From the sequence record NC_049853.1: DNA of 49,890 bases; one strand, written 5' to 3'. The DNA is from Escherichia phage Henu8. The notes under the pieces were generated by a model, which was not told the origin of the DNA, searched no databases, and worked only from the letters and a program-made list of their open reading frames with translations. This document shows positions 16,814 to 26,963 of the stretch, piece after piece (the first letter of the stretch is position 1; each line of letters begins with the position of its first letter). A program made the position numbers and the translations under genes.

Positions 16814-17248
16814 ATGAGTGATTATTCAGTCATTGTTGGCGCTGAGTCGCCAGGGTGCATGGTCGATTCTTCAATAATGGTGATTAACGGATCTTTCGTG
16901 TGCGGAGATGAATTTATTGCGCCAGGTAAGATTGTGCGACTATCACATATAACAAATGGATACAAAATAGCAAGTGTTAATGGTGATCTCGTTATTGGCG
17001 TGGCAGTAAGACCGCCGGACTCGTGCATATATGAGGAGGGTGATCCAGTTAATGTGGTTAGTAGAGGTAGTGTGTGGTGCTTAACTTCTGAGAGCGAAGC
17101 GCCAGAATATGGAGATAAAGTATTTGTAACGCAAGATGGAGATGCGGCATACAGTGAAGGCGACTTGCTGAATGGTTGGATCTTTACTGGCGAACATGTA
17201 AAGGTTGATCGTGATTCATATATTGTCGGGGTAAGCATTAGCGCATAA
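16814..17248 (+). CDS. head structural protein, paralogue 2
   Basis: 144 aa; compare GVAVRPPD...GSVWCLTSESEAPEYGDKVFVTQDGD with GVAVQHGG...GRVWMLAKDASAPAFGTTIKLSDDGQ in 16256..16768. Confidence 0.5.
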   Translation: MSDYSVIVGAESPGCMVDSSIMVINGSFVCGDEFIAPGKIVRLSHITNGYKIASVNGDLVIGVAVRPPDSCIYEEGDPVNVVSRGSVWCLTSESEAPEYGDKVFVTQDGDAAYSEGDLLNGWIFTGEHVKVDRDSYIVGVSISA

Positions 17249-17331
17249 CACAAAATTATGTTGCACGTTTAACAAAAAATGCTATCATTGGGGCGTTACA
17301 TACTAACAGCCTTTATATATGGAGGAAGAAA

Positions 17332-18306
17332 ATGGAAAAAGAAAAATTTGATCAGCTAGATGCGGATATTGTTTCTAGCCATCTGGCTACTCGCGGCGTT
17401 AAGGGTGATGCTTCTGATATGGGTATCTGGACGGCGCAAGAGCTTCACAAGATCCGCTCAACTGCTTACGAGAAAGAGTATCCGGCTGGTTCAGCGCTTC
17501 GTGTGTTCCCTGTAACTAATGAGCTTTCTGATACTGATAAGACTTTTGAATATCAGATGTTTGACAGGGTTGGTTACGCAAAAATTATCGCTGATTACAC
17601 CGACGATCTGCCAACTGTTGACGCTTTAATGTCAAGCGAGTTTGGCAAGGTGTTCCGCCTGGGTAATGCGTTCTTGATCTCCATTGACGAAATCAAGGCT
17701 GGTCAGCGCACTGGTAAGAGCCTTTCCACTCGCAAGGCAAACGCAGCGCAAAACGCTCATGATCAGGAAGTTAACCGCCTGGTGTTTAAGGGTTCAAAGC
17801 CGCATAAGATTCTTTCGGTGTTTGAACACCCTAACCTGACAAAGATCGTGTCAACTGGATGGTTGAGCAACGATGAGAACACCAAGTTCCCCGAGACGGC
17901 TTCGGACGATCTTGAAAAGGCGATCGAAACCATCGAGAAGATCACCAATGGTCAGCACCGCGCAACCAATATCCTGATCCCGCCGTCTATGCGCAAGGTT
18001 CTTTCCGTTCGAATGGAAAACACCACTGAAAGTTATCTGGAATACTTCCAGAAACAAAACAGCGGAATCACCATTGACTCAATCGCAGAGCTTGAGGATA
18101 TTGATGGCACAGGAACTAAAGGTTGCCTGGTATATGAGAAAGACCCGATGAACATGTCGATCGAAATTCCAGAAGCATTTAACATGCTTCCGGCGCAACC
18201 AAAAGATCTGCATTTCAAAGTTCCGTGCACTTCAAAATGTACTGGCCTGACGATTTACCGTCCGTTTACGCTAGTGCTTATTACTGGCTTGAAAAAATCA
18301 GGTTAA
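17332..18306 (+). CDS. major capsid protein
   Basis: 324 aa; strong SD TGGAGGAAG; own promoter region and terminators on both sides; position and size fit an HK97-fold MCP. Confidence 0.65.
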   Translation: MEKEKFDQLDADIVSSHLATRGVKGDASDMGIWTAQELHKIRSTAYEKEYPAGSALRVFPVTNELSDTDKTFEYQMFDRVGYAKIIADYTDDLPTVDALMSSEFGKVFRLGNAFLISIDEIKAGQRTGKSLSTRKANAAQNAHDQEVNRLVFKGSKPHKILSVFEHPNLTKIVSTGWLSNDENTKFPETASDDLEKAIETIEKITNGQHRATNILIPPSMRKVLSVRMENTTESYLEYFQKQNSGITIDSIAELEDIDGTGTKGCLVYEKDPMNMSIEIPEAFNMLPAQPKDLHFKVPCTSKCTGLTIYRPFTLVLITGLKKSG

Positions 18307-18318
18307 TCGTATAACATT

Positions 18319-18350
18319 GGGGAATCCTTAACTGGATTCCCTTTTTTATT
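18319..18350 (+). terminator. rho-independent terminator after capsid gene
   Basis: GGGGAATCC-TTAACT-GGATTCCC hairpin followed by TTTTTTATT. Confidence 0.65.
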
Positions 18351-18362
18351 GGAGGTTATGAA

Positions 18363-18635
18363 ATGGCTAAAGAAAAAACTGTAACGCTAAAGGTTTCCGG
18401 CGTGTGCCTTATCATTGTTGATGGGGAGCATTATCATCCAGGCAAAGAGTTTGACGTAGAAGAATCAAAATTGAAAACAAGCGCGTTTGAATATCTAATT
18501 GCAAAAGGCGATCTGGAGGTTAAAGACAACTCAGCATTGAACGAAGAAATCAAACAGAGCGCAGCAAGCAAACGTAAAAAAGACCCACGAGAGGGCAAGA
18601 GCAAAGCCGAACTTGAAGACGGCGGCATCTATTAA
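18363..18635 (+). CDS. hypothetical structural-module protein (90 aa)
   Basis: ORF track; GGAGG SD; Lys/Glu-rich C-terminus. Confidence 0.5.
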   Translation: MAKEKTVTLKVSGVCLIIVDGEHYHPGKEFDVEESKLKTSAFEYLIAKGDLEVKDNSALNEEIKQSAASKRKKDPREGKSKAELEDGGIY

Positions 18636-18682
18636 TAAAGAGGGCGCTTATAGCGCCCTTTGTCATATCTGGAGGAAACAAA

Positions 18683-19099
18683 ATGGTTGATGAATTTTTC
18701 ACTGACGCAGAAATCACGCAGCAAATCGTAAAATTAGCGCCACCGATGAAGCAGATTGATCCAGATTTAATGGTGGCATGGATTGAGCTTGCAAAGGAGT
18801 TTGTTTGCAAGAAGCGGTTTAAAGAGTCATATCCTAAAGCGGTTGCCCTTTATACTTTGCACCTTATGACGCTTGACGGAGCTATGAAGCAAGAAGGGGA
18901 AAGCGTAGAGAGTTACTCGCGGCGCGTGGCGTCATTTTCCCTGACTGGTGAATTTAGCCAGACATTTGATCGCGTGTCCGGCGATTCAAGCGGAAAAGAG
19001 ATTAGACAAACTCCGTGGGGCAAAATGTATGAGACGTTAAATAGAAAAAAAGGCGGTGGATTTGGCCTTGTTACTGGATTTCGGAGGCGCTGCAAATGA
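18683..19099 (+). CDS. head-tail connector / adaptor protein
   Basis: 138 aa; GGAGGAAAC SD; position between capsid and tail genes. Confidence 0.45.
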   Translation: MVDEFFTDAEITQQIVKLAPPMKQIDPDLMVAWIELAKEFVCKKRFKESYPKAVALYTLHLMTLDGAMKQEGESVESYSRRVASFSLTGEFSQTFDRVSGDSSGKEIRQTPWGKMYETLNRKKGGGFGLVTGFRRRCK

Positions 19100-19467
19100 A
19101 CTATAACGAGATCGCAAGAATGGCAACCGAAGGAATTAACTTCTTTAGTGATAGCAACGGTGAGTTTAAGTGCATAACGCAGCGTGGAAGCGTTGAAATC
19201 ATCGGAGGCGAAGAAGTACAAAAGCCAGAGATTAGTGTAATGATTAAAGGTTTAATTCGCTCCCCAAAAGTACGCGAGGTTGACGGCGAGACAATACGAG
19301 TAACCGATAAGCTGGGAGTTTTTAACAATAAGGTTGAAATTAAGAACGGGTATCATATTGATGTTGATGGTGAATTATATGTTGTAGTTGAAGCAAGACC
19401 AATCAGACAAACCAATGTCACAGTTGCTTATCGGCCTATTTTGAGAAGGATTTCCGTGCATGGCTAA
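19096..19467 (+). CDS. head-tail joining protein
   Basis: 123 aa; overlapping start/stop with neighbours. Confidence 0.4.
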   Translation: MNYNEIARMATEGINFFSDSNGEFKCITQRGSVEIIGGEEVQKPEISVMIKGLIRSPKVREVDGETIRVTDKLGVFNNKVEIKNGYHIDVDGELYVVVEARPIRQTNVTVAYRPILRRISVHG

Positions 19468-19903
19468 AAACTACACGATAAGGGAATTTCACGGCAACAT
19501 TGATGCGTGGATAAACGCCGTTGATAATGGACTAAAAGATTGCGTGGAATTGTTCGCCGAAAAAGTACACACAGATTTGGTTAAGCGTTCTCCGGTAGAT
19601 ACTGGTCGTTACCGTGCAAACTGGCAGGTAACAGCAAACAAGCCGCCATTGTATGCGCTTAACCAGTACGATAAGCACGGCGACAAAACGATCGCGGAAG
19701 GCAAGCGCGCCATATACGCAATATTACGAGGTGGCGGAGCAGTAAGAGCCATTTATTTTTCCAACATGCTTATTTATGCTAACGCGCTTGAGTACGGTCA
19801 TTCAAAACAAGCGCCAGCGGGTGTGCTTGGGATTGTAGCTGTTAAGTTGAGATCTTATATGGCTGAAGCAATAAAAGAGTCGAGGGCTAAAAATGCACTA
19901 TGA
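19460..19903 (+). CDS. neck / tail completion protein
   Basis: 147 aa; overlaps neighbours; by position. Confidence 0.4.
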   Translation: MAKNYTIREFHGNIDAWINAVDNGLKDCVELFAEKVHTDLVKRSPVDTGRYRANWQVTANKPPLYALNQYDKHGDKTIAEGKRAIYAILRGGGAVRAIYFSNMLIYANALEYGHSKQAPAGVLGIVAVKLRSYMAEAIKESRAKNAL

Positions 19904-20291
19904 ATTAATGCTATCGGCGCGTAAGGCGCTGGCGACTGAATACGAAAGCAGATTCATGATCGCTTATGAAAACGTAGAGTTTACGCCACCTGGTGACGGT
20001 TCGCCGTGGTTGAAGTTTGACTATACCGAAGTTGACACAGAATACTTGTCATTGGATCGCAAATGCGTTTCTTATATCGGAATGATTCAGGTTGGTATTG
20101 TGTTTCCACCAGGTTACGGAACTGACAGGCCGCGTGTTCTAGCTAAAGAGATTGCGCAATTCTTTTACGATGGTAAAATGTTGGAGCACGGTTATATATA
20201 TGAGGGTGCAAGAGTTCACAAACCGCTCAAGAGTGAAAGCGGATGGCTTCTCCCTATAAGGTTTTATGTTCGAATTGAAAAAAAGGAGTAA
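19893..20291 (+). CDS. tail terminator / completion protein
   Basis: 132 aa; immediately upstream of the major tail gene. Confidence 0.4.
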   Translation: MHYELMLSARKALATEYESRFMIAYENVEFTPPGDGSPWLKFDYTEVDTEYLSLDRKCVSYIGMIQVGIVFPPGYGTDRPRVLAKEIAQFFYDGKMLEHGYIYEGARVHKPLKSESGWLLPIRFYVRIEKKE

Positions 20292-20296
20292 AAATT

Positions 20297-20959
20297 ATGC
20301 ATTTACCAAATGGATCGCAAATTTTCGTTGAGAGCAATCGCGGAAGCGAAATCCAAGCAACAGCAGTGTCAAACGCTAAAGATCCTGTATTCACCGTTGC
20401 ATCTGGCGGCACTGCGTACAAGAAAGGTGATTATGTTATCATCACTGCGTCTTCTTGGGGTAAGCTAATTGATCGCGTTATGCGTGTAAAGAATAACGGT
20501 GAAGAAACGAGCGTGACTCTTGAAGGTGTAGATACTACTGATCAGAACGTTTTCCCGTCTGGCGGTACTGCATCTTTTGCCAAAATTGATGCATGGACTG
20601 AGATCCCTTGCGTTCAGGACTTGTCGCAGGACGGCGGCGAACAGCAATACTACACTTATCAGTGTTTGGCAGACGATCAGGAACAGCAGTTACCTACCTA
20701 TAAGAGCGCCGTTTCTCTTACCTACACTTTTGCGCACGAATACGATAACGCGATCTATCCGTTACTTCGTGCAGCAGATGAATCCGGCGCTGTGACGGCG
20801 CTTCGTATGTATGTACCAAAAGCAAAAGAGATGCGTTGCTGGGCTGGTGTACTTTCGTTTAACGAAATCCCGCAGACCACAGTTAACGAAATGGAAACTG
20901 TTTCCCTGTCTGTATCCCTGAAAGGTCGATTCACCTTCCTACCTTCTCAAGTAGCATAA
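20297..20959 (+). CDS. major tail protein
   Basis: 220 aa; AAGGAG SD; followed by a strong terminator and then the chaperone and tape-measure genes. Confidence 0.6.
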   Translation: MHLPNGSQIFVESNRGSEIQATAVSNAKDPVFTVASGGTAYKKGDYVIITASSWGKLIDRVMRVKNNGEETSVTLEGVDTTDQNVFPSGGTASFAKIDAWTEIPCVQDLSQDGGEQQYYTYQCLADDQEQQLPTYKSAVSLTYTFAHEYDNAIYPLLRAADESGAVTALRMYVPKAKEMRCWAGVLSFNEIPQTTVNEMETVSLSVSLKGRFTFLPSQVA

Positions 20960-20965
20960 TCACAA

Positions 20966-20990
20966 GGGGCGTTGCGCCCCTTTTTTTGTT
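20966..20990 (+). terminator. rho-independent terminator after major tail gene
   Basis: GGGGCG-TTG-CGCCCC hairpin followed by T7. Confidence 0.65.
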
Positions 20991-21058
20991 ACTGTACAAT
21001 CAAGCTACACGATTCATAATCAATTCTTTTAACAAAAAGTGCTATCAAGGGGAAAGAA

Positions 21059-21376
21059 ATGTCAAAAATGAAATTGACGATTGGGCCGCTTCCTGACTTT
21101 AAATTACCAGTGAAATTTGCAATGCCTAACGGAGAAGATCAAACAATTATCTTCACAGTTCGCCACCGCAAAACAAGTGAGATTCACGAGCGCTACACGT
21201 CAGATACTCCAATGAGCGATGTTGAAATGATCACCTTCCTTGCTTCCGGTTGGAATCTTGATGATGAATTTAACGAAGAAAATATTAAACAGCTTCTTGA
21301 TTACTACCCAGCGACAGCAATCGGATTAACTAGCGCATACATGAAAGCGCTTGCGGGGCAGCGAGTAAAAAACTAA
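21059..21376 (+). CDS. tail assembly chaperone (G-like)
   Basis: 105 aa, immediately upstream of the tape-measure gene; ends in slippery heptamer A AAA AAC. Confidence 0.65.
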   Translation: MSKMKLTIGPLPDFKLPVKFAMPNGEDQTIIFTVRHRKTSEIHERYTSDTPMSDVEMITFLASGWNLDDEFNEENIKQLLDYYPATAIGLTSAYMKALAGQRVKN

Positions 21377-21687
21377 AAAGGGCGGTTTACCTGTTTTATC
21401 AGAAACCGCCGACAGATGCAGAGCTTGAGGCCGTTGGCCTTACAAGGGCAGACTATGAAGGGGAAGATCCGCCAGAGGTTATATTTGATGAAAGCATGAT
21501 GCAATCATGGGATATATTTTGCGCAATGCAAACGCAATGGAGATGTTCTGGCGGTGGCGCTTACGGGTTTGATTATAATGTCTTGCCTATGCTTTTTGAG
21601 ATTTACAAGGTTGAGGATCGCGAGATGGCGCTAAACGACTTGCGAATCATGGAGCAAAAAGCACTTGAAATGATGCATTCAAAATAA
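21059..21687 (+). CDS. tail assembly chaperone frameshift product (GT-like), -1 slip at 21367-21373
   Basis: A_AAA_AAC in zero-frame register just before stop; the -1 frame stays open from 21373 to 21687 with no independent start signal. Confidence 0.55.
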
Positions 21688-21710
21688 GCGCCTACGGGCG
21701 CTTTTTTATT
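21686..21710 (+). terminator. rho-independent terminator-like hairpin
   Basis: AAGCGCC-TACG-GGCGCTT followed by TTTTTATT. Confidence 0.5.
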
Positions 21711-21726
21711 ACCTGGAGGATTAATA

Positions 21727-24399
21727 ATGTCAGAACAATACGCAGGCTTGACGCTTGGGGTTGATGTTTCTCAACTCAACAATGCTGTAAAGTCTTTGCA
21801 GCAATTCAAGAAGGCAAACGACGACGCAAAGGGAAGCGTTGAGAGTTTTGTTGATTCAGAGGTTGTTGCAAGACAAAGAGCCAAACAACTGGCTGAGGAA
21901 TTGGCAAAGCAGAAGCAAGAATTTAAAGCAATTCAGTCGGCAATAGATCCGACAGCAAGCAAAATGGATAAGTTGCGCCAGGCAGCAACACAGCTTGATG
22001 CGCTTTGGAAAAAAGGAATTGTGCCGGATGATACATTCTTTGAGTTAGGATCAATTCTTGAGACGCAGCAAAACAAACTGATCGCAACTAAAAAGGCGCT
22101 AACTGAAGAAGGCCGCGCGGCGCTTGAGGAAGCAAAAAACAAGGCAAGGGCAGAGGCTGAGGCAAGAAAGTTTATTGCGGCATTGCAGGCGCAAGCTGAC
22201 GCAGCGGAAAAAACAAAATCAGAGCTTGTCGAAATGAGAGCCGCACAACTTGGAGTTAGTGCAGAGGCAGCGCCATTTATTGCAAAAATGAAGGAGCAGG
22301 AAAAACAAGCCTCAAAACTTGGCGTTTCTATGGGGCAGTACAAGCAAGCAATGGCGCAATTGCCAATGCAGATCACTGACGTTGTTACTTCTCTTGCTTC
22401 AGGTATGCCAGTATGGATGATCGCAATCCAGCAGGGTGGGCAAATCAAGGACTCATTCGGCGGTGTTGCTAATACGTTTAAAGCGCTAATGACATTTGTC
22501 ACGCCTTTAAGTGTAGGAATGACGGCGCTGACTGGTGCTCTTGGTTATGCTGCATATAATGCATACAAAGCAAATGCACAATTGAAGGAGATCACAAAAA
22601 CCGTTCAGGAGGCAACTGGTCTTTCCGGTGATTTTGCGGAGCGGATTGCAACTGGAATCCAGGCGCTATCTGACAAGACATGTGAGAGCGCCGACAATCT
22701 GGCAAAGGCATACATAAGCACTAAGGATGGAGCAACCGAGGCAATACAAAAACTCGTCGATGTTGGATTTACCTATGACGAAGCAAAGGCAAAAGTAAAC
22801 GAATACAAAAACGCATCAAGTTTTGTAAGTCTTAACAATGAAATTGCTGATCACAAAAACAAGGTTCTTGAGCTTGGCGATTCATGGTATGCGGTCTTAA
22901 AAGCAAAACGTGATTATGCTTCACCGTCCGGTGGTCTGTTGGGGAAAGAGCTTGGTTATGTGAATCCAATGCTGCAATTTGCGAAGAACACCTATGAGGA
23001 TATAGGAAAGATCGTAAAAGATGCGAATAAGGATATGGCGGAACGAGCAGCACGCATCGACAGAGAAAACCTTTCCTTAAACAGAGTTCGAGCGGCGCAA
23101 GAGGCTTTAAATAAAGCCATAGAGGATCAGAAGAACGTAGCAAGGACAGCAGACGAAGAATTGAAAAAGCGCGCGGCTGAGAACGTGGAGTTCAGGCGAA
23201 AAGAGCTTGAGGAGGCGAAGAAGGCGCAGCAGCAAAAGGAGAAAGTTGGTGGAGTTGTAAAAGCACCAACAGAGCATCTTGATAAGGAGCTATATGTTCT
23301 CAAGGCGCAACTTGAAACGCTGAAAGAGCACCGAACTGTAAATGATGTTATTTCACGCCAGAGGCAATCTTTGTGGAGCATTGAAAAGCAGATCCAGATC
23401 CTTGAGGAAGCGCAAAGTAAACGCAAGCTGACAAAAGCGGAACAGGCGTTACTAAACGAGCAAAAAGCAGTTATTGCTATGGCAAAAGAAAAGGCAGAGA
23501 TAGGCGATCAGATTGTTTTGCAACAGAGAAAGAACAAGCAATACCAGGAAGGGCTTAAATTCATTCAGCAAACATCAGATGCTATTGACGCTATGAACTT
23601 GCGACAGTCTGGAGCTACAGATCTGCAAATCCAGCGAGAGCTTGAGTTGAAGAAGTTGCGAACTGATTATGTTGCTGGCGGCGGTAGTATCGACGATGAA
23701 ATTTATCAGCAGATGGAAGCAAAGCTGAAGGAGTATTACGCCACTGAGGATCAGCTTAGAAATAACTGGATTGCAGGAGCAAAAAACGCATGGGAGGTTT
23801 ACGGACAAGATGCAATGGATATGTACGGCAACGTGCAAGATATTGCAAGCGAGGCGCTCAACGGTCTAACCAACCAAATGGCTACATTCCTTGCAACAGG
23901 AAAGGCAAACTTTAAGAGCTTCGCAACGTCAATCATCCAAATGATTATCCAGATGATCACGAAGATGGTTATCTTTAATGCCATATCTGGTGCGATTGGA
24001 GGTGACACTTGGACGATTGGAAGCCTTCTTAAAAATGTTGGATTTGCAACTGGTGGATACACTGGCGACGGCGGGAAGTATGAGCCAGCAGGTGTTGTCC
24101 ATAAAGGCGAGTTTGTCATGACAAAGGAGGCCACGAAGCGGATCGGAGTTGGAAATCTTTACAAAATGATGCGCGGTTATGCAAATGGCGGCGTTGTTGG
24201 CGGCACTTCATACACTGGCGGCGGAGTTTCATCTGGAGCAACAAATCTTAATATTGGCGGGATCAGCGTTGATATTAACAACGGAAGCGATCCGAAAGGG
24301 TTGGAGACTGGCGTAAAAATGATTTTCACTGATATGATTAAGCGTTCCTGTACGCAGGGTGGGGAAGTTTACGAATTTGTTATGTCTAAGCGGGGGTGA
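21727..24399 (+). CDS. tail tape measure protein
   Basis: 890 aa, Ala/Gln/Lys/Glu-rich coiled-coil sequence, hydrophobic segment, Gly-rich C-terminus; follows G/GT. Confidence 0.85.
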   Translation: MSEQYAGLTLGVDVSQLNNAVKSLQQFKKANDDAKGSVESFVDSEVVARQRAKQLAEELAKQKQEFKAIQSAIDPTASKMDKLRQAATQLDALWKKGIVPDDTFFELGSILETQQNKLIATKKALTEEGRAALEEAKNKARAEAEARKFIAALQAQADAAEKTKSELVEMRAAQLGVSAEAAPFIAKMKEQEKQASKLGVSMGQYKQAMAQLPMQITDVVTSLASGMPVWMIAIQQGGQIKDSFGGVANTFKALMTFVTPLSVGMTALTGALGYAAYNAYKANAQLKEITKTVQEATGLSGDFAERIATGIQALSDKTCESADNLAKAYISTKDGATEAIQKLVDVGFTYDEAKAKVNEYKNASSFVSLNNEIADHKNKVLELGDSWYAVLKAKRDYASPSGGLLGKELGYVNPMLQFAKNTYEDIGKIVKDANKDMAERAARIDRENLSLNRVRAAQEALNKAIEDQKNVARTADEELKKRAAENVEFRRKELEEAKKAQQQKEKVGGVVKAPTEHLDKELYVLKAQLETLKEHRTVNDVISRQRQSLWSIEKQIQILEEAQSKRKLTKAEQALLNEQKAVIAMAKEKAEIGDQIVLQQRKNKQYQEGLKFIQQTSDAIDAMNLRQSGATDLQIQRELELKKLRTDYVAGGGSIDDEIYQQMEAKLKEYYATEDQLRNNWIAGAKNAWEVYGQDAMDMYGNVQDIASEALNGLTNQMATFLATGKANFKSFATSIIQMIIQMITKMVIFNAISGAIGGDTWTIGSLLKNVGFATGGYTGDGGKYEPAGVVHKGEFVMTKEATKRIGVGNLYKMMRGYANGGVVGGTSYTGGGVSSGATNLNIGGISVDINNGSDPKGLETGVKMIFTDMIKRSCTQGGEVYEFVMSKRG

Positions 24400-24752
24400 T
24401 AGTGAAACTTGAGCAATTCAAATGGTGCACGCAAACGCAAGGAGGCGGCGGCACTATGACCACATCAAATAACGACAGGGAAATCTCATTTGGTAATGGT
24501 TACACTCAGGTTGCGTCAGGAGGGTTTAACACGGTACGCAGGGAGTTTTCCATTGTCTATGTTGGCAAGGATTACAGAGACGTTGTTGACTTCCTGAATG
24601 GACACAGGCTGAAGCCGTTTTTATGGTTTATGCCTGACGGTCAACCTGGTCTATTCAGGGTAAAATCTGGTAGCGTTGGATTAACTCCAATATCAGCAAC
24701 CGTTCAGGAAGTGAAAGCAACATTTACTGAGCAATTTACATCAATGCAATAA
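24396..24752 (+). CDS. minor tail protein (lambda M-like)
   Basis: 118 aa; GTG start overlapping tape-measure stop; first of an M-L-K-I-J-like series. Confidence 0.5.
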   Translation: MIVKLEQFKWCTQTQGGGGTMTTSNNDREISFGNGYTQVASGGFNTVRREFSIVYVGKDYRDVVDFLNGHRLKPFLWFMPDGQPGLFRVKSGSVGLTPISATVQEVKATFTEQFTSMQ

Positions 24753-24756
24753 TTCA

Positions 24757-24782
24757 AGCCGCCTTTGTGCGGCTTTTTTATT
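24757..24782 (+). terminator. rho-independent terminator-like hairpin
   Basis: AGCCGC-CTTTGT-GCGGCT followed by TTTTTTATT. Confidence 0.5.
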
Positions 24783-24813
24783 GATGATACAATGCAAGAA
24801 AGGAGGTGCAATC

Positions 24814-25575
24814 ATGGCTAATGAAACAACAGGTCGCGCGGATCTTGAAAATTGTCTGCAAAGCCTTTACCCTGGCGAGATTATCACGCTAATTGAGATT
24901 GACGGCACAAAGTTTGGCGCAAACATTTACCGCATACACAATGAGAACATCTCATACACTGCGGAAGAATTATTGCAGGCGCGAGAAACTGGAGTTCTTC
25001 CGCCGAAAGAGATTACATTCCGTGGCGAGGTTTACGGCGCGCGCCCGTTTGGAATATCTGGAATCAACTTCACAAGCAACGGAAAGGCTGATAAGCCACA
25101 ATTGATACTATCAAACCTTGATAGCCAGGTGAGCGCGATGATTCGCAACTTTAACGGCATGATGCAAGCTAAGGTCACAATCTGGATCACGCCAGCGGAA
25201 TTAATGGGGAAAGATGGCAGCATTAAAGATGGAGCCTCAAGAAAGCTGGTTTACTACATTGAGCGCCCAAGCCATTACAATAGAATGATGGCGAAATTTG
25301 ACCTGACATCGCCTTATGATATGGATGGAATAATGATTCCTCCGCGAATAACTCAAAGCGTTTGTTATTGGGCGCAGCGTGGATGGTATCGAAGCGGAAA
25401 AGGTTGCGGATACAATGGATCGCGAATGTTTGACAAAGACAACAATCCTATAACCGATCCATCTCAAGACTTTTGCGCAGGAACTGTAACAGCGTGCAAA
25501 CTTCGTTTTGGTGCAGATAAGCAGCTTGATTTTGGCGGCGCACCAGTAGCAAGCCTGTTAAGGAGAAATCAGTGA
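24814..25575 (+). CDS. minor tail protein (lambda L-like)
   Basis: Trimmed to ATG 24814 (AAGGAGG SD); C-terminal Cys cluster (C-x...C-x...C-x5-C) as in Fe-S-binding L-type tail tip proteins. Confidence 0.6.
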   Translation: MANETTGRADLENCLQSLYPGEIITLIEIDGTKFGANIYRIHNENISYTAEELLQARETGVLPPKEITFRGEVYGARPFGISGINFTSNGKADKPQLILSNLDSQVSAMIRNFNGMMQAKVTIWITPAELMGKDGSIKDGASRKLVYYIERPSHYNRMMAKFDLTSPYDMDGIMIPPRITQSVCYWAQRGWYRSGKGCGYNGSRMFDKDNNPITDPSQDFCAGTVTACKLRFGADKQLDFGGAPVASLLRRNQ

Positions 25576-26306
25576 TGATTAGTGCAAAAATAAAACTTGA
25601 AATAATGCAGCACGTAAAAGATGAATACCCGCGCGAGGCGTGCGGGGTTATCACTCAAAAATCACGCGTGCAAAAATACCACCGCGTAACCAACGTGCAT
25701 GATGATCCTGAAAATCATTTTGAGATGAACGCAATTGAATACGTTGAGGCGTGTGAAAGTGGCGAGCTTATTGCTGTTGTGCATAGCCACACTGGAGACG
25801 GGGCAAGTACAATTCCAAGCGCCCATGATACATGCATGTGTGATGAGATGGGTGTTTCATGGGTTATTGTGTCATGGCCAGAAGGTGATATGAGAATAAT
25901 TGAGCCTGAATCTCGTCCTCTGATTGGTCGCCCGTGGTCGCTTGGGGCGTATGATTGCTGGGGGCTTATTATGGCATGGCACAAGCAACATGGCGTTATC
26001 CTGAATGATTTCAGGAAACCATATGAATGGTGGAAGCCTGAGCACGGCGAAAATCTTTACCAGGAAAATTATCTGAAAGAGGGTTTTGTTGAAACAGGAG
26101 AGCCGCCAAAACCTGGTGATATGGTTATCTTTCAGCTTTCCGCGCCAGTGTGGAATCATGCAGGCATTTATCTTGGCAACAATCAATTGCTTCATCATGC
26201 CTTTGGCAAGTTGTCAAGGGTTGATTTGTATTCTGGATGGTATCAGGAACATGCAAAAATGGTTTGTAGACATAAGGATCTGAAATATGACTTTGAAGGT
26301 AATTAA
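25575..26306 (+). CDS. tail assembly protein (lambda K-like; JAB/MPN + NlpC/P60)
   Basis: EACG...HSHTGDGAS (MPN/JAMM-like) followed by DCWG...H (NlpC/P60-like Cys-His); AAGGAG SD. Confidence 0.75.
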   Translation: MISAKIKLEIMQHVKDEYPREACGVITQKSRVQKYHRVTNVHDDPENHFEMNAIEYVEACESGELIAVVHSHTGDGASTIPSAHDTCMCDEMGVSWVIVSWPEGDMRIIEPESRPLIGRPWSLGAYDCWGLIMAWHKQHGVILNDFRKPYEWWKPEHGENLYQENYLKEGFVETGEPPKPGDMVIFQLSAPVWNHAGIYLGNNQLLHHAFGKLSRVDLYSGWYQEHAKMVCRHKDLKYDFEGN

Positions 26307-26883
26307 ATTATCTGGATCTTTAGGCCGAAGATTTGGAGTATTTCATAAGCTGGCTGTTGATTCATACCCCGAAGCAATACGCGCACTATCTTCGCAGGTG
26401 GAAGGATTCAAGGACTACATGCAAAGCGAAGTAGGATCGCGAATGCGTTACGCTGTATTTGTTGACGGTAAGAATGTAGGACAGCACGATGAAAAAGCGT
26501 GGCAATGCGCAAAGGAAGTGAGGATTATTCCAATCCCAACAGGTTCAAAGTCTGGCGGGTTGTTTCAGGTTGTTCTTGGCGCGGTTATTATGGCGACTGC
26601 ATTTTTCACTGGCGGCGCTTCACTTGCGTTAATGGGTGCTTTTGCATCGTCTGCCTTTATGATGGGTGGAGCAATGGTACTTGGCGGAGTAATGCAAATG
26701 ATCTCACCGCAGCAAGGAGGATCAAGATTGTCATCCCAATCAGCAGAAAACAAGCCGTCTTATGCTTTCGGTGGCGCTGTTAACACAACGGCAGCAGGAT
26801 ACCCAATACCATTGCCATATGGTCAAAGGACCGTCGGCGGAGCTATCTGGTCGGCTGGCAGCTATGCAGAGGACAAGGCTTAA
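26287..26883 (+). CDS. tail assembly protein (lambda I-like)
   Basis: 198 aa; overlaps the K-like gene; Gly/Ala-rich hydrophobic C-terminal half. Confidence 0.55.
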   Translation: MTLKVIKLSGSLGRRFGVFHKLAVDSYPEAIRALSSQVEGFKDYMQSEVGSRMRYAVFVDGKNVGQHDEKAWQCAKEVRIIPIPTGSKSGGLFQVVLGAVIMATAFFTGGASLALMGAFASSAFMMGGAMVLGGVMQMISPQQGGSRLSSQSAENKPSYAFGGAVNTTAAGYPIPLPYGQRTVGGAIWSAGSYAEDKA

Positions 26884-26892
26884 TATAAAAGA

Positions 26893-26918
26893 GTCGCGCG
26901 TTGCGCGGCTTTTTTTTT
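26893..26918 (+). terminator. rho-independent terminator-like hairpin
   Basis: GC-rich hairpin GCGCG-TTG-CGCGG followed by T8. Confidence 0.5.
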
Positions 26919-26963
26919 GCCCGTATAATTCAACAAATCAAATAGCACAAAAGGTGAAAAAGA

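Noticed and set aside
17267-21046. Reverse-oriented copies of the boundary motif at 17267-17286 and 21026-21046 as antisense promoters in the structural operon
   Set aside because: Neither has a -10 hexamer at the canonical 18-nt spacing on the minus strand; both sit within plausible plus-strand promoter regions (TTGCAC-16-TATCAT before the capsid gene; CATAAT at 21015) and are better read as part of those.
21933-24134. Minus-strand ORFs inside the tape-measure gene (21933..22502, 22832..23143, 23127..23426, 23575..23838, 23799..24134)
   Set aside because: Antisense to a long, clearly coding tape-measure frame; low-complexity Ala/Ser/Cys-rich translations without SD sequences are typical antisense artefacts of coiled-coil coding DNA.
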